Below, one piece after another: positions 52,769 to 64,000 of a DNA stretch of 64,000 nucleotides. The translations under genes were made by a program, and so were the position numbers. The notes below the pieces were generated by a model that worked only from the letters and a program-made list of their open reading frames with translations, was not told where the DNA came from and searched no databases. Position 1 is the first letter of the stretch, and each line of letters begins with the position of its first letter. The DNA is from Podospora anserina (Eukaryota), in contig CM030337.1 in the NCBI GenBank assembly GCA_017654855.1, positions 3,348,001 to 3,412,000 of the forward strand. The letters run 5' to 3'.

Positions 52769-55104
52769 CTAGATCAAAATGGAAACCGCCGTGTTATCCG
52801 GGTCCATGACCATGTAAGGGATACTCCCCTCGCTCATGTTATTGCTCGTCTGAGTAAACTCGACATCTAGCGCACGGAGGTCGTCATGGAACCTCTCGCT
52901 GATGTCACGCACCGCCTTCTCCTTAGTGGTCTGGGCGTATTTGCGTGACCACCACTGCGACTGCGCAAAGGAGATGAGACTGCGCTCCGTGGAAACCTGT
53001 CGCGATGGGTTAGTGTCATGTTTTCGAAGAGACAAAGAAAAGTACATACCTTGTAAGACAACAACCAAGGAATCTGCGCAGCCAACAACCACTGCCTCTG
53101 ACGGCCAATAGGCAGCGCCTTGACAAGATCGGCCTCCTTGTACCCCTTCAACTGGTCGAGGGTAGTTGGTGGAGGGGAGCAAAGACAGGGCGGCTTGGCA
53201 ATTACAAACACCTGGTAAAAGTTCTGGAGGTAGTTGACAGCCGAGTGGAAAGGCGCAGCGATATGAATGCTCATCGTCACAGCATCGATCAGCTGGTCAA
53301 GTGTGGTGATGGTAGGGAAAGTCTTGATGTGGGCTGCCGTCTGCACCTCGGTGTACCACGCCTTGATGATCTCGCACTTGCTAATAACGGCGTCGGCCGT
53401 GGTTTCAGTGTAGTACGTGAGGAGCATGCTCTTCACATACCGGCGGATGCAGTACCACATGGACAACATGTTCTTGGCATAGGCATAGTTGCGGTATTGT
53501 GGCTCCGCCAGACCCTCGGCGGTGTTGGGAAAGCCACGGCTCGCGAGGTCGTTGGGAACGTAACGCCCAACGTAGTCAAAGCTCTCAAACTCGGACCGGA
53601 CATACTGGTAAAGGTTATCGGGCTTGACTCCGACGATGTCTTTGATGATCTGAGGAACCAGTGTGGCGCGCGCGGCCGCGTTGAGCGACAGTGTCTTGAA
53701 CCAGTGGGGCGAGAGCAAGCGGTAAATGATGTGCTCCATGGGCACAGTGCGGTGGGTGGCCACAATCAGGGCTTCCTCGACGAGATGTGCCTGCGTGAGA
53801 TGGACGCTCACCTCGTGCCGGAGAAAGTCGGTGACCTGCGCGCACGTCTTCGCATAGCGCCATGGCCAGTCATGCTCCTCACCCTCCGAGGAGTCCGTTG
53901 GCAGCATGCGCTTGTTGAAGATGGTAACAGATGTCGCCAGACTGTCACCCTTGTAGTCGGTGCAGATGGCGATGGGGTGCAGCTCGCCGGTGGGGTGCAG
54001 TTGGAAGAGAGTGACGGCGGCGCAACCCCAGCTGTCATCCGACTTGGGCTCCTTGTTGAACAGGATCTCATTCTCGTCGACTCCCAAACTACGGCGGATG
54101 TTACGCGCATCCTGGACATACAATGTCGCGGGATCAATGGTCGGCAGGATGGTGGCCCATTTGTCGTAACCACCTTGCTTTGCAGCGGCTATGAACTCGT
54201 TGAGGAGGGCCTCTGGCACGACGGTAATACTGGTTGGGTTGGTGCCGGTGAAGGACTGGTCGGCGAAGCGGCGATCGGTGAACCAGTCGGGCAACAAGCC
54301 AATATTCTTCCCCTCCTCGATGTCTGTAGGAGACTTGCGGTGCGATCTGTTGTACTCCTCGATCTGCTTGATAGTGCCGTCCATGGGGCTGCCGTTGAAG
54401 GCGCGCTGAAGAATGCTGATTCCCCAGTCGGCCGTCTTGCCGTACCAAGTATCAGGCACGAGCTTGGCAATCATGAGCAAAGTGTTTGCCAGGCCGAGCC
54501 TGTTGAAAAGATCGGTCTGTGAGACTTGGTCCGCGCGCGGGATAGTCTGGAGATGAGGAGGATACTGGGCTGGCGTGCCATCCCTGTTGGTTGGGTAGTC
54601 GGACCACTGGTACAACTCCTTCTTCAAGTCCTTCTCAATGTAACGAGGGAGGGTTGGCTCAATCTGCAGAGCATCAAAGTATGTCTCGTAACTACAATTT
54701 GTCAGTACGCCTCAGTCGCGTTCGGAAACGCAAGTTTAAGAAAAAAGTGTGAAACCAAGAACTCTAACCTTCGTTCGATACGGGCGTACGCGTGGGTCAG
54801 CGCCGCCTGGGTTCCCGTGTAGGTGCCCTTTGTGACATCGCCGTCTGCGAGCTTGACCATCTCATTGTCGAAGACACCTGGGTCAATATCCAGAAACTTC
54901 TCTTCGCCGATACTGAGATTCCGTTTCTCTGTCAAGTCTCCGTTAGAACAGGGCTTCACAAACAGTCGATAGGCCTTGAAATAGAGACAACATACCATTC
55001 TTCTCATCAATATCCGGCTGCGCAAGAATGTCTTCGGGCTTCGCAACAGCCTCCACCACGCTTGGAGGGGGAATGGGAAGGGGGGCGTCAATAATGGTGC
55101 TCAT
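52769..55104 (-). CDS. Lipoxygenase (multi-exon)
   Basis: WFTDRRFADQSFTGTNP, WRYAKTCAQ, HEVSVHLTQAHL and HSAVNY metal ligands, C-terminal ...AVSILI. Confidence 0.93.
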
Positions 55105-56264
55105 GATGACGGTTGCAGATTGTTTGTAGGGCAAATGTGAGGATTTGAAGAGGTCAAGTTGTTGTGTTGCGAGTGTTTTAAGAAGAGCGAGACCATCTTA
55201 TACACTTTTTCCTGTCGTCTTATCCATCTCGCTGGACTTTACTCGCACCACGACGAGCCGGCCCCAGACGCTCACGACTGCGTCTTCCGCGGTCTGGGCC
55301 TCAGAAACGCCCCCAATGCTGCAAGGGAGAGTCCAGACCATCCGTTCAGCTGTGTATTTGCTCCGTGGCGTGCACTTGGCTTTGTTGACAACACTATGAG
55401 TATCCTGGATTCCTGCTCGACGAGAATTCTAGTCCTATGAACTAGGAACAGAAACGGGACTCTGCATCTGATAGCTGCGGAGGAGTCCCGACGCGGCTTC
55501 TCAGCTTGCCATTGGGGTCGCGGCTATGCGATATTGAGACAGCCCCACCGCTCAGCTCGCAGTTTGAAGCGTTGACTTTTCCTCTTGGAGGAGGCATGCG
55601 TTGATATAGGCGAATCGGGTGTGAGTAGATTGTGGGGTTGTGTCGAGCTAGAAACGATCTTGCATACGTTAAGCTTTTTTCTATCGACCCGCACCGAGTT
55701 CTAGATTCCGCCACGCCATTAGCTTGTCGATAAGACCCTGTAACAGAACCACCTGTGACCTCTCGGACATATTATCCCGGCGTGCCCGGCTGAGTGGCTC
55801 ATCGACACGGTTGAGTCTCATGATGAAACGACGACAGCGAATTATTTTGCTTCTGTTTATAAGCCAGAGGACAGCAATGATGGGGAGTGAAGTGGCAGCG
55901 AAGATAAGAGCGTGGGTGGGACACTGATGCCGGGGACAAGAGAAGAGGCAAACCAAATTGGAGGCAGACGCTTGGGCTGAGGACATGCACTTTCCACCTT
56001 AGGACGGACCGAGTGTTCTTTCCCTTTTCACAACCTGCAAAACTATTTCGTTCCCGCCAAATATTGACCCGTCTGTTCTTGCCATGTTTTTTGCCCAAGC
56101 CCTAACCCTGTGTTTAGCACACCTCGGCATGTTAAAGTGGGTCGCTCTCACCTGGGCTGACCGCGTCAAACCCAATTCCGGTCGATGGCGGGGTTCGTGA
56201 AGATCATGAATGACGTCCGGTTCAACCTCCAATTGCCATCGACACCCATCATAAGCAAGCGAAA

Positions 56265-57312
56265 ATGGGACCTCAGCCTGGACAAAAGACGGTGCTCATC
56301 ACCGGGTACGTGTCCCTACTGCATCACAACAAAACCCAACCCCAGTGGAAAGCTCATAAAAGCTCATTGCTGACATCCAATCCCCTCCAAAAGATGCACC
56401 CCGGGAGGTATCGGCCATGCGCTATGCCTAGAATTCCACTCCAAGGGTTAGTCACTCCAACATCATGACCTCTCTCAACCATTGCTAACCCTCCCCCCAG
56501 GCCTGCACGTCATAGCCACAGCCCGCAACCCATCCGTCCTCGCCGACCTCAGCGCCCTGGGCATGACCACCCTCCCCCTCGACGTCACAAGCCCCTCCAG
56601 CATCAAGACCTGCCACGACCAAGTCTCCGCCCTCACCAACAACAAGCTCGACATCCTTGTCAACAACGCCGGCCGCACCCACACCCACCCCGCCACCGAC
56701 ATCGACATCGACGACGTCCGCGAGACCTTTGAGACAAACGTCTTTGGCGTCATGGCCATGTGCGCCGCCTTTTCCGATCTGCTCATCAACTCCAAGGGTT
56801 TAATCATCAATATCGCCTCCCTCGCCGCCATCACCCCCTACGTCTTTGGCTCCGTCTACTGCGCCTCCAAGGGTGCCGTTGTGTCGTACTCAAGGACCCT
56901 GCGGTTGGAGCTCAAGCCTTTTGGTGTGAGGGTCATGGTTGCCATGACTGGTACTGTGAGGAGCCAGATCGCGAGCAAGACCCACCGGACGCTGCCTGAG
57001 GGAAGTATCTATCAGCGGGTCAAGGAGATCTTTGAGAAGAGGTTGACGTTCAGCCAGAACAATGCAACTGTCAAGACGGAGGATTATGCGAAGAAGCTGG
57101 TGGCTAATGCGCTCAAGCCTGAGTGGCCGCTTATCTTGCGGTCTTGGTTTGGCAGAGCGGATTGGTTTTGGGCTGGTGGCTGGAGCAAGGGTGTTTGGGC
57201 CAGTACATTCTTTGGGGAGTGGATCTTGGACTTTGTGCTATATCGGTTGATTGGCTTGAAGAAGATGGAACAGGTGTTGAGGGAGGAGGAGAGGAAGAAG
57301 AAGTTGACTTGA
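56265..57312 (+). CDS. AYR1: Short-chain dehydrogenase, AYR1-like (1-acyl-DHAP reductase), 2 introns
   Basis: KTVLITG-CTPGGIGHAL, LVNNAG, YCASK, LRLELKPFGVRV. Confidence 0.85.
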
Positions 57313-57592
57313 AAAGCCGTCAGTTGCATAGGCACTCGTAATAATTGTCCTCTTCTATTACCGACCACATCATCCGTCTAAAAGCTCCCCTTCTCTCCTC
57401 TCATCCGTTTGCACGCGATTAAACACACACTTCAACATAAATAACTATCTCACCAAGAAAGTATCTCCACAAAATCATGTACAGAGTAGCCCAAGTATCA
57501 CACAAGACAACATCCATTCCCAGAAAGCCATCAACTCAACGATTGTTCAACCCCCCGGCTCTCCAACCCCCAACCGCTTCAAAATACCACCC

Positions 57593-60500
57593 TCAGCAAG
57601 GATAAAAGTCTCCCTTCGGACCCGGGTGCCCCCACCTCAAATTAGCTTGATCAAGCGTGCAAACAGGAAACTGAATCAGTCCCATGTCGATGATCTTGTT
57701 CCTCATCGGATCCACCGGATCATAGTAGTCCTTCATAACGAGATTGTCGGGATCAAACTCGTATCCGTTCTGCCCACCGTTCCTCCTCCAAGTTCTCAAT
57801 GCTCTGTGCGTCAAGGAAAAAGAGGTTCTGCAGTTAGCTTATGGTTCACCAGTCGATAAAGTCATCAAAACAAAAACTTACCCCTCCGTAATATCCGTGG
57901 CACTGATATTATTAAATTCACCCAATTTGTCAAACCCGGGAGGCAGGCTCCAAAACGCATGGTCGCAGGACTGCCCACCGCCAGTCCCAAATGGGTAACA
58001 ATTCTGGTAGGGCCCCATAGCTGCCAGTAGCAGGTACTGTTTGTTTTCAAAACAGAACTCAGCCTTCTTGGCATCTTCTTCCCGGACATAGCGCTGCCAG
58101 AGATTGCCATAGGTCCTACAGGCATTTCCCGTCTCCAAAACAGCCACGTTCGCATCGTCATTGTTGTTCCACGCCACAGGAATCATGAAGGTGAAAAGTG
58201 CCCTCCTGATCATGTCCTTCATGTCGGCTACCCGAAGGATGTCGGGTCGAGGCTGTTCCTTCGGGACACCACCACCTATCAGCTTGCCCTCGGCCATGAA
58301 GTTGGCGAGAAGTGGGGTCAAGTGGCCATCCTTATCTGGACCAGCAAACAGCTTGGCTGAGAACCCGGTAACCGACCTCTCCCAGTGAGTCATGGTAGCG
58401 TTCAAGGCCATTGCCAACGTGGATGCCTTGCTAAGATCGTCCTCGATATCTCTGCGGTATCGAGTCATTATGTGTACTCACTGATAGAAAAGGAAGAGAG
58501 CACGTCTGAACTTACCCAGTGTTCTTGTCCTTGAAAGTCATTACCGTTGCCAAAACCGCCTGATCTACTACCTCCGTTGCAGCGGAGTTCCTCAGCACTA
58601 ATACAGGGGCACATGTTAGCTATCTGGTAGCTTTGTTGGAGCTAGAACAGGACAAGGGCGGAACCATAATGGAGAGCATCATCCAAGCAGTGTGTGATGC
58701 CAAAGGGGACATACCGTGCCCAACCAATGGACCTGTCACAAGACTGGTAATCTGTGCAAGAAACATCAGCTGACAAATCACCAAGCAGATATAGGTTGCA
58801 GTCATACCGCAGCAAGGATGTTATAGCCCATCTGTTTCGCAAAGGTATCGTCAAATTCCTTCATGAAATAATCTTCCATCACCGGGATGAATAGGTCGAC
58901 ATCTTGTTGCGCTTCTCTAAGGGCGTCGTAGTAGTTCACAAAAAGCTTCGCAGATCAACCAGTGTTAGACGAAGTCAAGGCAGTGAGACGGAGAGAAACA
59001 TACCTGTTCCAGAGTAACAAATGAGTTCATGATGAACTTTCCTGCTGGACCAGTCCTTTCGGGAGGGTCATTCGTCAGTATAGGCGGTTTGTTGTCCTTG
59101 TCGTAGCAGTTTTCCTGTGGGCTCAGACAGTTGCTTGCCGGCAACAACGTCCCACAGTGAACATCTTGGCGTCCACGGAAGAACTTGCCAACAATCCACG
59201 ACGAAAAGCTTCCGACGTCCATCGTGCGTGCCAGATAGGCCTTTATAGCGTCAGCCCACGCCTCATCCGCCATCAACCCTTCCCATCGCTGCTTTCTGTC
59301 CATGTCTGCCGTGTCCACTGCAGGGATACTGCATGACAGATCATACCAGCGCGTAGAGCCCCCGGTAGCGCCTTTTCTGGTGAACCTGCTGGTAAGGACC
59401 GACCCGCTGACCTTGCGCTCGAGCTCAGTAAAGGTGTCGAGGTCGATGGCCCAATCACTTGTCCCACCAAAGTTCCAGCCCCTGTACATGTTGGACCGAG
59501 CATTCTTCTCTGCCGTGTCCATGTAGGCTATCCAAGTCCCATTGATGATGGCGATGTTGGAACGTGTGGCTTGGTCGTAGTGTGTTGCCACGTTGATATC
59601 ATTCACGTTTTTGTACTCCTGGATCTCGGCATTGGAAATATAGCCCTGGACTCCAGTACAAGGGCCTGCCGTGGCGTGGGAAACACTTGCTGTGCCGGTA
59701 TACTCGCACATGGGCCCTCGGCAGTTCGGGTCTTTCATCTTGAAAGAGCGGCCATAACTGCTGACGCCGACGATGATCTTGTTGGCAGGCACCCCGGCCT
59801 TGGTGACCATGACCAGGGCATTGTATGTTTCTGTCATGTTGACATGGGACCGAAGGCACATGCCGCTTGGACAGCCATCCTGAGACCACCTAGACCCAGC
59901 GTCCCACTGGCCGTGAAGATCGTACGTCATGTAAACAATGTAGTCGAGAACGCTGCCCATTTCCCTGATTGGGAAGCCCTTGAGATACCAGTAGCTGGCC
60001 GGCGCTGCAATGGCGAGGGACTTCCCGGTGGGAAGTCCAGCCCTCAGCAGCCGTAAGAAGGCGAGGTAGTTGGGGCCGTCGATGGGGTCCGCAGGAGGAA
60101 TGTCGGGAAGATCCGGGGCAGCAGGATACTCCCAATCAATGTCGGCGCCGTCGAGTCCATGTTCTCTGACGAAGTTGGCAATGTTGTTGGCAAGAGTGGC
60201 GCGATTGGCGGAGTTCACTAGGTAGAACCGAGTCAGTTATGTGTGTCGGATGGGATACAAGCAAGGCGTCAGGATGCTACTCACCACCAGCACGGAAGAT
60301 CTGGAATGTGGTGGGGCTCGTCGACGCAGCCCAACCACCAAACGCGATAATCCTCTTGGACCTCTTGAGTGCCTTGAACTTGTTGAACTGAGCCTGGACC
60401 TTGCTGACATCAACTCGAAAGTCAGGTGTGACGTCGGCAAAGGCAAAATGGATGTGTGTGAACTGAGTCTCGTCAATAGAGGTAGCGTCCATCCACAAGC

Positions 60501-61897
60501 AGTCGCGGTCGGTGCTCCAGGCCTCGAAGTAGCCAATCTTCTTGTACTCTGCCGGCGGCGCATTGTTGTTGACAATGGTCATGCCACAGTTGCTGATGCA
60601 TGTTCCCGTTCCCGGAGTCCCATCGCCCGTCACTTCGCAGAAGTCCTTGGTGGTGCCACACTGACCCCAGATGTTGCAGCACGTGTTGAGCGGACACGGA
60701 TTGAGGGTGCTGATGTTGGTGCCTGCGGGAGGAGCGACTGTCCCAGGTTTCTGTGGCCCACATACCGCATTGGCGATGGGAAGGGGCATTGGCGGGGTCC
60801 CTGAGCTGAGGCAGATCTTGGAGTCGGGCCAAAGCTTGCTGCACCCAGCCCACCCCCAAGTCTTCCTCTTGTTGAACGTGTCTAGATCGCCATCAACTAG
60901 CCCATTGGCAGCCTCGATCACGCTGCATGAGTCGCCTGCTTTGACTGTGTACGTGGCACACGACCCATCAGCATTCGGCTTGGGCCGCCTGTCCTTGAGA
61001 GTGCCAGATGAGCAGCAAATCCACTGGTTGACTTTGAGATTGGAACAGAAGTTGGTTGCTGGGTTATACTGGGTCAGAAGCGAAGGGGTGATGTTGCACT
61101 TTTGATAGAGCGTTGAACAGGAGTCGCCCGCTGACCGTCTTATTAGCAATGGCTAACAACACACAAAGAACATTTTCACTCACCCACAACCTGCCTGTCT
61201 TGACAAGTGCCATCGGCGTTGGGGGAGGGGCCTTGAGGGAGCTTCCCCTCCATGCAGCAGACCTTTTCGCCCACCTCAAGCCTCGAGCAGTCGATATGCT
61301 GATCACACACAGGTCAGTTTCTGCTACACGAGACTGTACATGAAGGGAAAAGTAACTCACAGGGTTGTAGTTCACAAAGTTTCCAAGGCTGATCGTACAG
61401 CGACGATCAGCAATAATGGCACAAGTATTGCCCTCGACAACCGTCTTGACATTGGTGCAGTCAGGCAACGGCAAGGAACCCTCGCTGCAACAAAAGCCGG
61501 TTCCGACCTGCAGGTTGGAACAGTCGAGGTGCGGATTCAGTTGACGGAACCTGGACTCCGATATGGTACAGCGTTTGTCGGCGATGCTGGCGCAAGTGTT
61601 TCCGGCGACGACGGTCTTGTAGTTGGTGCATTCCGGGTCTCTCCTAACTGCGCCCTCGTTGCAGCAGAAATGCTGGCCGACGCGCAGGTTGGAGCAGTCG
61701 AGTTGTGGATTTAGTTGCTGGAGCCTTGCAACACTGATGGTGCAACGACGGTCCGCAATGATCTCACAGGTGTTTCCCTCAACCACTTGCTTGCCGTTGG
61801 TGCAGTAGGCCCTGGGAACCATTACACCTCGAGCAGACACAGTGCATCCGGAAATAATAACGGCGATGGCTGTCGCCAGAAAAGAGGCTTGGACCAT
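57593..61897 (-). CDS. Secreted subgroup-C (killer-toxin-alpha-like) GH18 chitinase with 5 LysM domains, CBM18 and a C-terminal extension; multi-exon
   Basis: Signal peptide, five LysM-type repeats, CPLNTCCNIWGQCG hevein motif, THIHFAFA, DGADIDWEYP catalytic motif, MTYDLHGQWD, GGTSDWAIDL. Confidence 0.9.
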
Positions 61898-62498
61898 GGT
61901 GTACTAGATAGCAGCACCCAGGCCGAACGAGACGCCGAATAAAGGTGAGGAAGGGGGATGAGTGCAGGTGAGGGAGAATCATTGTAAACGACTGAGGATC
62001 CCGTTGTATTTATGAAGAATTGATAAACTGACTCCCGTTCCTATTTTTCCTGGGGCACCATGCTCCAGACATCGTCGTCGTCAACATCGAATTCTAGGCC
62101 TTTGGCTGTCACTATTCATCACACATTGATACTTTGAGCATTGTCTACATGGGGAAAGGCTTGGCCACTTGGTGGTGTACACCCCTGAGCATTGAGCGGC
62201 ACGGTGCTCTACGGGCCGTCCCCAGGGTTTACACTAGCCTCGGCTACAACGAGCATTGGCTGGTTTGGGAAAGGCGTATCCTACCACCGGAAGTCTTCCA
62301 ATACCAAGGTATTGGGTTACACCGCCGTGGTTCGCGAGCTGCCAACTTCTGTGTATGACAAATCCAAAGATGAGGTCCATGAAAGAAGGGCAAAGTCCAG
62401 ATTTAGAAGATGATGAAAAGCCTCGATTTGCAGTAAGGGGAAAAGCATTAGTTTGCCCCAGCTGGATCCGCTCCATGGTGCACCACCAACACACCATA

Positions 62499-64000
62499 TC
62501 ACTGTCTACCCCCACTAGCTGAATAATACCTCCCCAACCCATCATCATCCACTCTACCTCTAGCTCGCTCCTCATCCCGCATCCAACTAGTCCCCATCGC
62601 ATTCCCACCTCCTCTCCCATCCGCAACCGGTGGTGGCCCCCCAGACACACCCGCAACCTCCGCCCTCGCCAAAAACGGCGTCAACACAACCGGATCACTC
62701 ACCGATCTCCCCCCACCCATATCCATCGGTCTCGACATTTGCTGCACCATCGAGGGCCCAGGTGCAACTCCCCTTGCAGCTTGAGATCTCAGCGCCGCCG
62801 GTCGTGGCATAGCAGCCGCTCTATACCCTTGAGAGGCAGCCGCAAGCGGTATACCAGGTACGTTCGCAGCAGGAAACTGACCTGGAACCACAGGAACAGG
62901 CGGGATCGCGTCCTGAGACATGGAATGTACAGGGTTGTAAGCATCATATCCTGCTCCATGACTCCACAACTCCGGCGAGGTAAAGCCCGGTGGTGGGATA
63001 GGATCAAGTCTGCCCATTGATGCTGCTCGCACCAGGGGACGTTGCTGAGCTTGTGCCGGCATAGGCGGGGATGTGTAATACGGTGTTGTCTCGGCGGGAA
63101 CCATATCGATTTGGGAGGATTGGTGGGAGAGAGGCTGGTTGGGTACCTCTAGCTCTTGTACCGAATATGACGAGGGAGCAGGATGGTAGCGGGGTCGTTG
63201 TGTTTCCGGGGGTGTCCTGATTGATGCCTCTGCCCAGAGAGAGGAACCATGAACAGACACCTCGTCGTCATGTCCACGAACGGATCCGAGTCCGCCGGCG
63301 CCGGGAGTCAAGGTGGCGGAGCTCGGACCAAGACTCGGTAGCTGTGGGTTATACGCGAGATGGTAACCGGGAGGGTCTTCGGTTCCGTAACGGGGCTTGG
63401 CACCCTCATACTTGTCTCGTAGCTCTTGTATGCAAGCAAGGGCCGCTTGTCGTTTGTACTGTGGGCTAACCGTGGCCAAAGACCTTGCCAGCGGGCCGGA
63501 CTCCAGAGACTTGTCGAGGTCTTCTTCGATCTCATCCATGATCTCCCGAAATGGTGGGGATTTCTTTCTTCTCTGGTTTGTCCGCTCTTGAAGCTTTTGC
63601 AAGACGGCAGATCTAATGTCTGACATTACCAATTGCTGCTGATTCCCCTCTTGGTCATAGCCACCAGTTGTCTCCCGCGCAGCGAGCCACATCGCGACGA
63701 GAAACAAAATGCTGAACAGGCCGTATGGAATGTCAATGGCGGCCATGTTGCTCTCTGCAGTCGAGGGTGGGATGTATTGCGGAGTACCAAAAGAAGGAAC
63801 GCAGACAGTGTCCCCTGAGCCAATGTGATTCTCGAGACACAGCTGGGGTGGTTTCTCGGTCTGTGCTTTCAGCACCACTGCCACCTCAGCCAGGGACCGG
63901 GCAAAGAACATGGCGAGTGCCCCCCACAAATACCACCTTTCCTGTAGGATAATGTTAGCAAATGCCTTCAATTGGAATTGGGATGACATACAGCAGAGTG
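62499..64000 (-). CDS. Hypothetical membrane protein with a long Pro-rich tail (5' end probably outside the window)
   Basis: 496-aa ORF with two hydrophobic segments followed by a low-complexity region. Confidence 0.6.
   Translation of the reverse strand, partial: LCCMSSQFQLKAFANIILQERWYLWGALAMFFARSLAEVAVVLKAQTEKPPQLCLENHIGSGDTVCVPSFGTPQYIPPSTAESNMAAIDIPYGLFSILFLVAMWLAARETTGGYDQEGNQQQLVMSDIRSAVLQKLQERTNQRRKKSPPFREIMDEIEEDLDKSLESGPLARSLATVSPQYKRQAALACIQELRDKYEGAKPRYGTEDPPGYHLAYNPQLPSLGPSSATLTPGAGGLGSVRGHDDEVSVHGSSLWAEASIRTPPETQRPRYHPAPSSYSVQELEVPNQPLSHQSSQIDMVPAETTPYYTSPPMPAQAQQRPLVRAASMGRLDPIPPPGFTSPELWSHGAGYDAYNPVHSMSQDAIPPVPVVPGQFPAANVPGIPLAAASQGYRAAAMPRPAALRSQAARGVAPGPSMVQQMSRPMDMGGGRSVSDPVVLTPFLARAEVAGVSGGPPPVADGRGGGNAMGTSWMRDEERARGRVDDDGLGRYYSASGGRQ

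Noticed and set aside
53245-54522. 425-aa plus-strand ORF, and similar shadow ORFs over pol, the SDR and the chitinase
   Set aside because: Antisense shadows of GC-rich, codon-biased real genes.
9548-64000. Starship/Spok-block interpretation
   Set aside because: No DUF3435 tyrosine-recombinase captain or Spok-like ORF is recognisable in this window.

Overview
Fungal (ascomycete, probably Podospora/Sordariales-like) genomic DNA. Intron-containing host genes lie on both sides: a PEX11-family gene and a hypothetical gene on the left; a putative His-Me-finger nuclease, a lipoxygenase, an AYR1-like SDR, a 5xLysM/CBM18/GH18 chitinase and a partial membrane protein on the right. They flank a ~40 kb nest of transposons (9548-49521), most of it destroyed by RIP. 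The standout is an un-RIPed 11.9 kb Ty3/Gypsy LTR retrotransposon (13021-24884, minus strand) with near-identical LTRs, a 4-bp TSD and a probable tRNA-Gln PBS. Between pol and its 3' LTR it carries a divergent two-gene module: a Ulp1/C48 SUMO-protease-like gene and an antisense, intron-containing DUF3716-like Cys6 zinc protein. The whole element, coding regions included, is studded with about 30 copies per strand-count of a (T)GATCAGA(G/C)GG motif. I infer a candidate element-encoded, sequence-specific anti-silencing system. A fully RIPed sister copy (32348-44217) shows the cargo is a stable part of the family, and it corrects every apparent frameshift in the intact copy.
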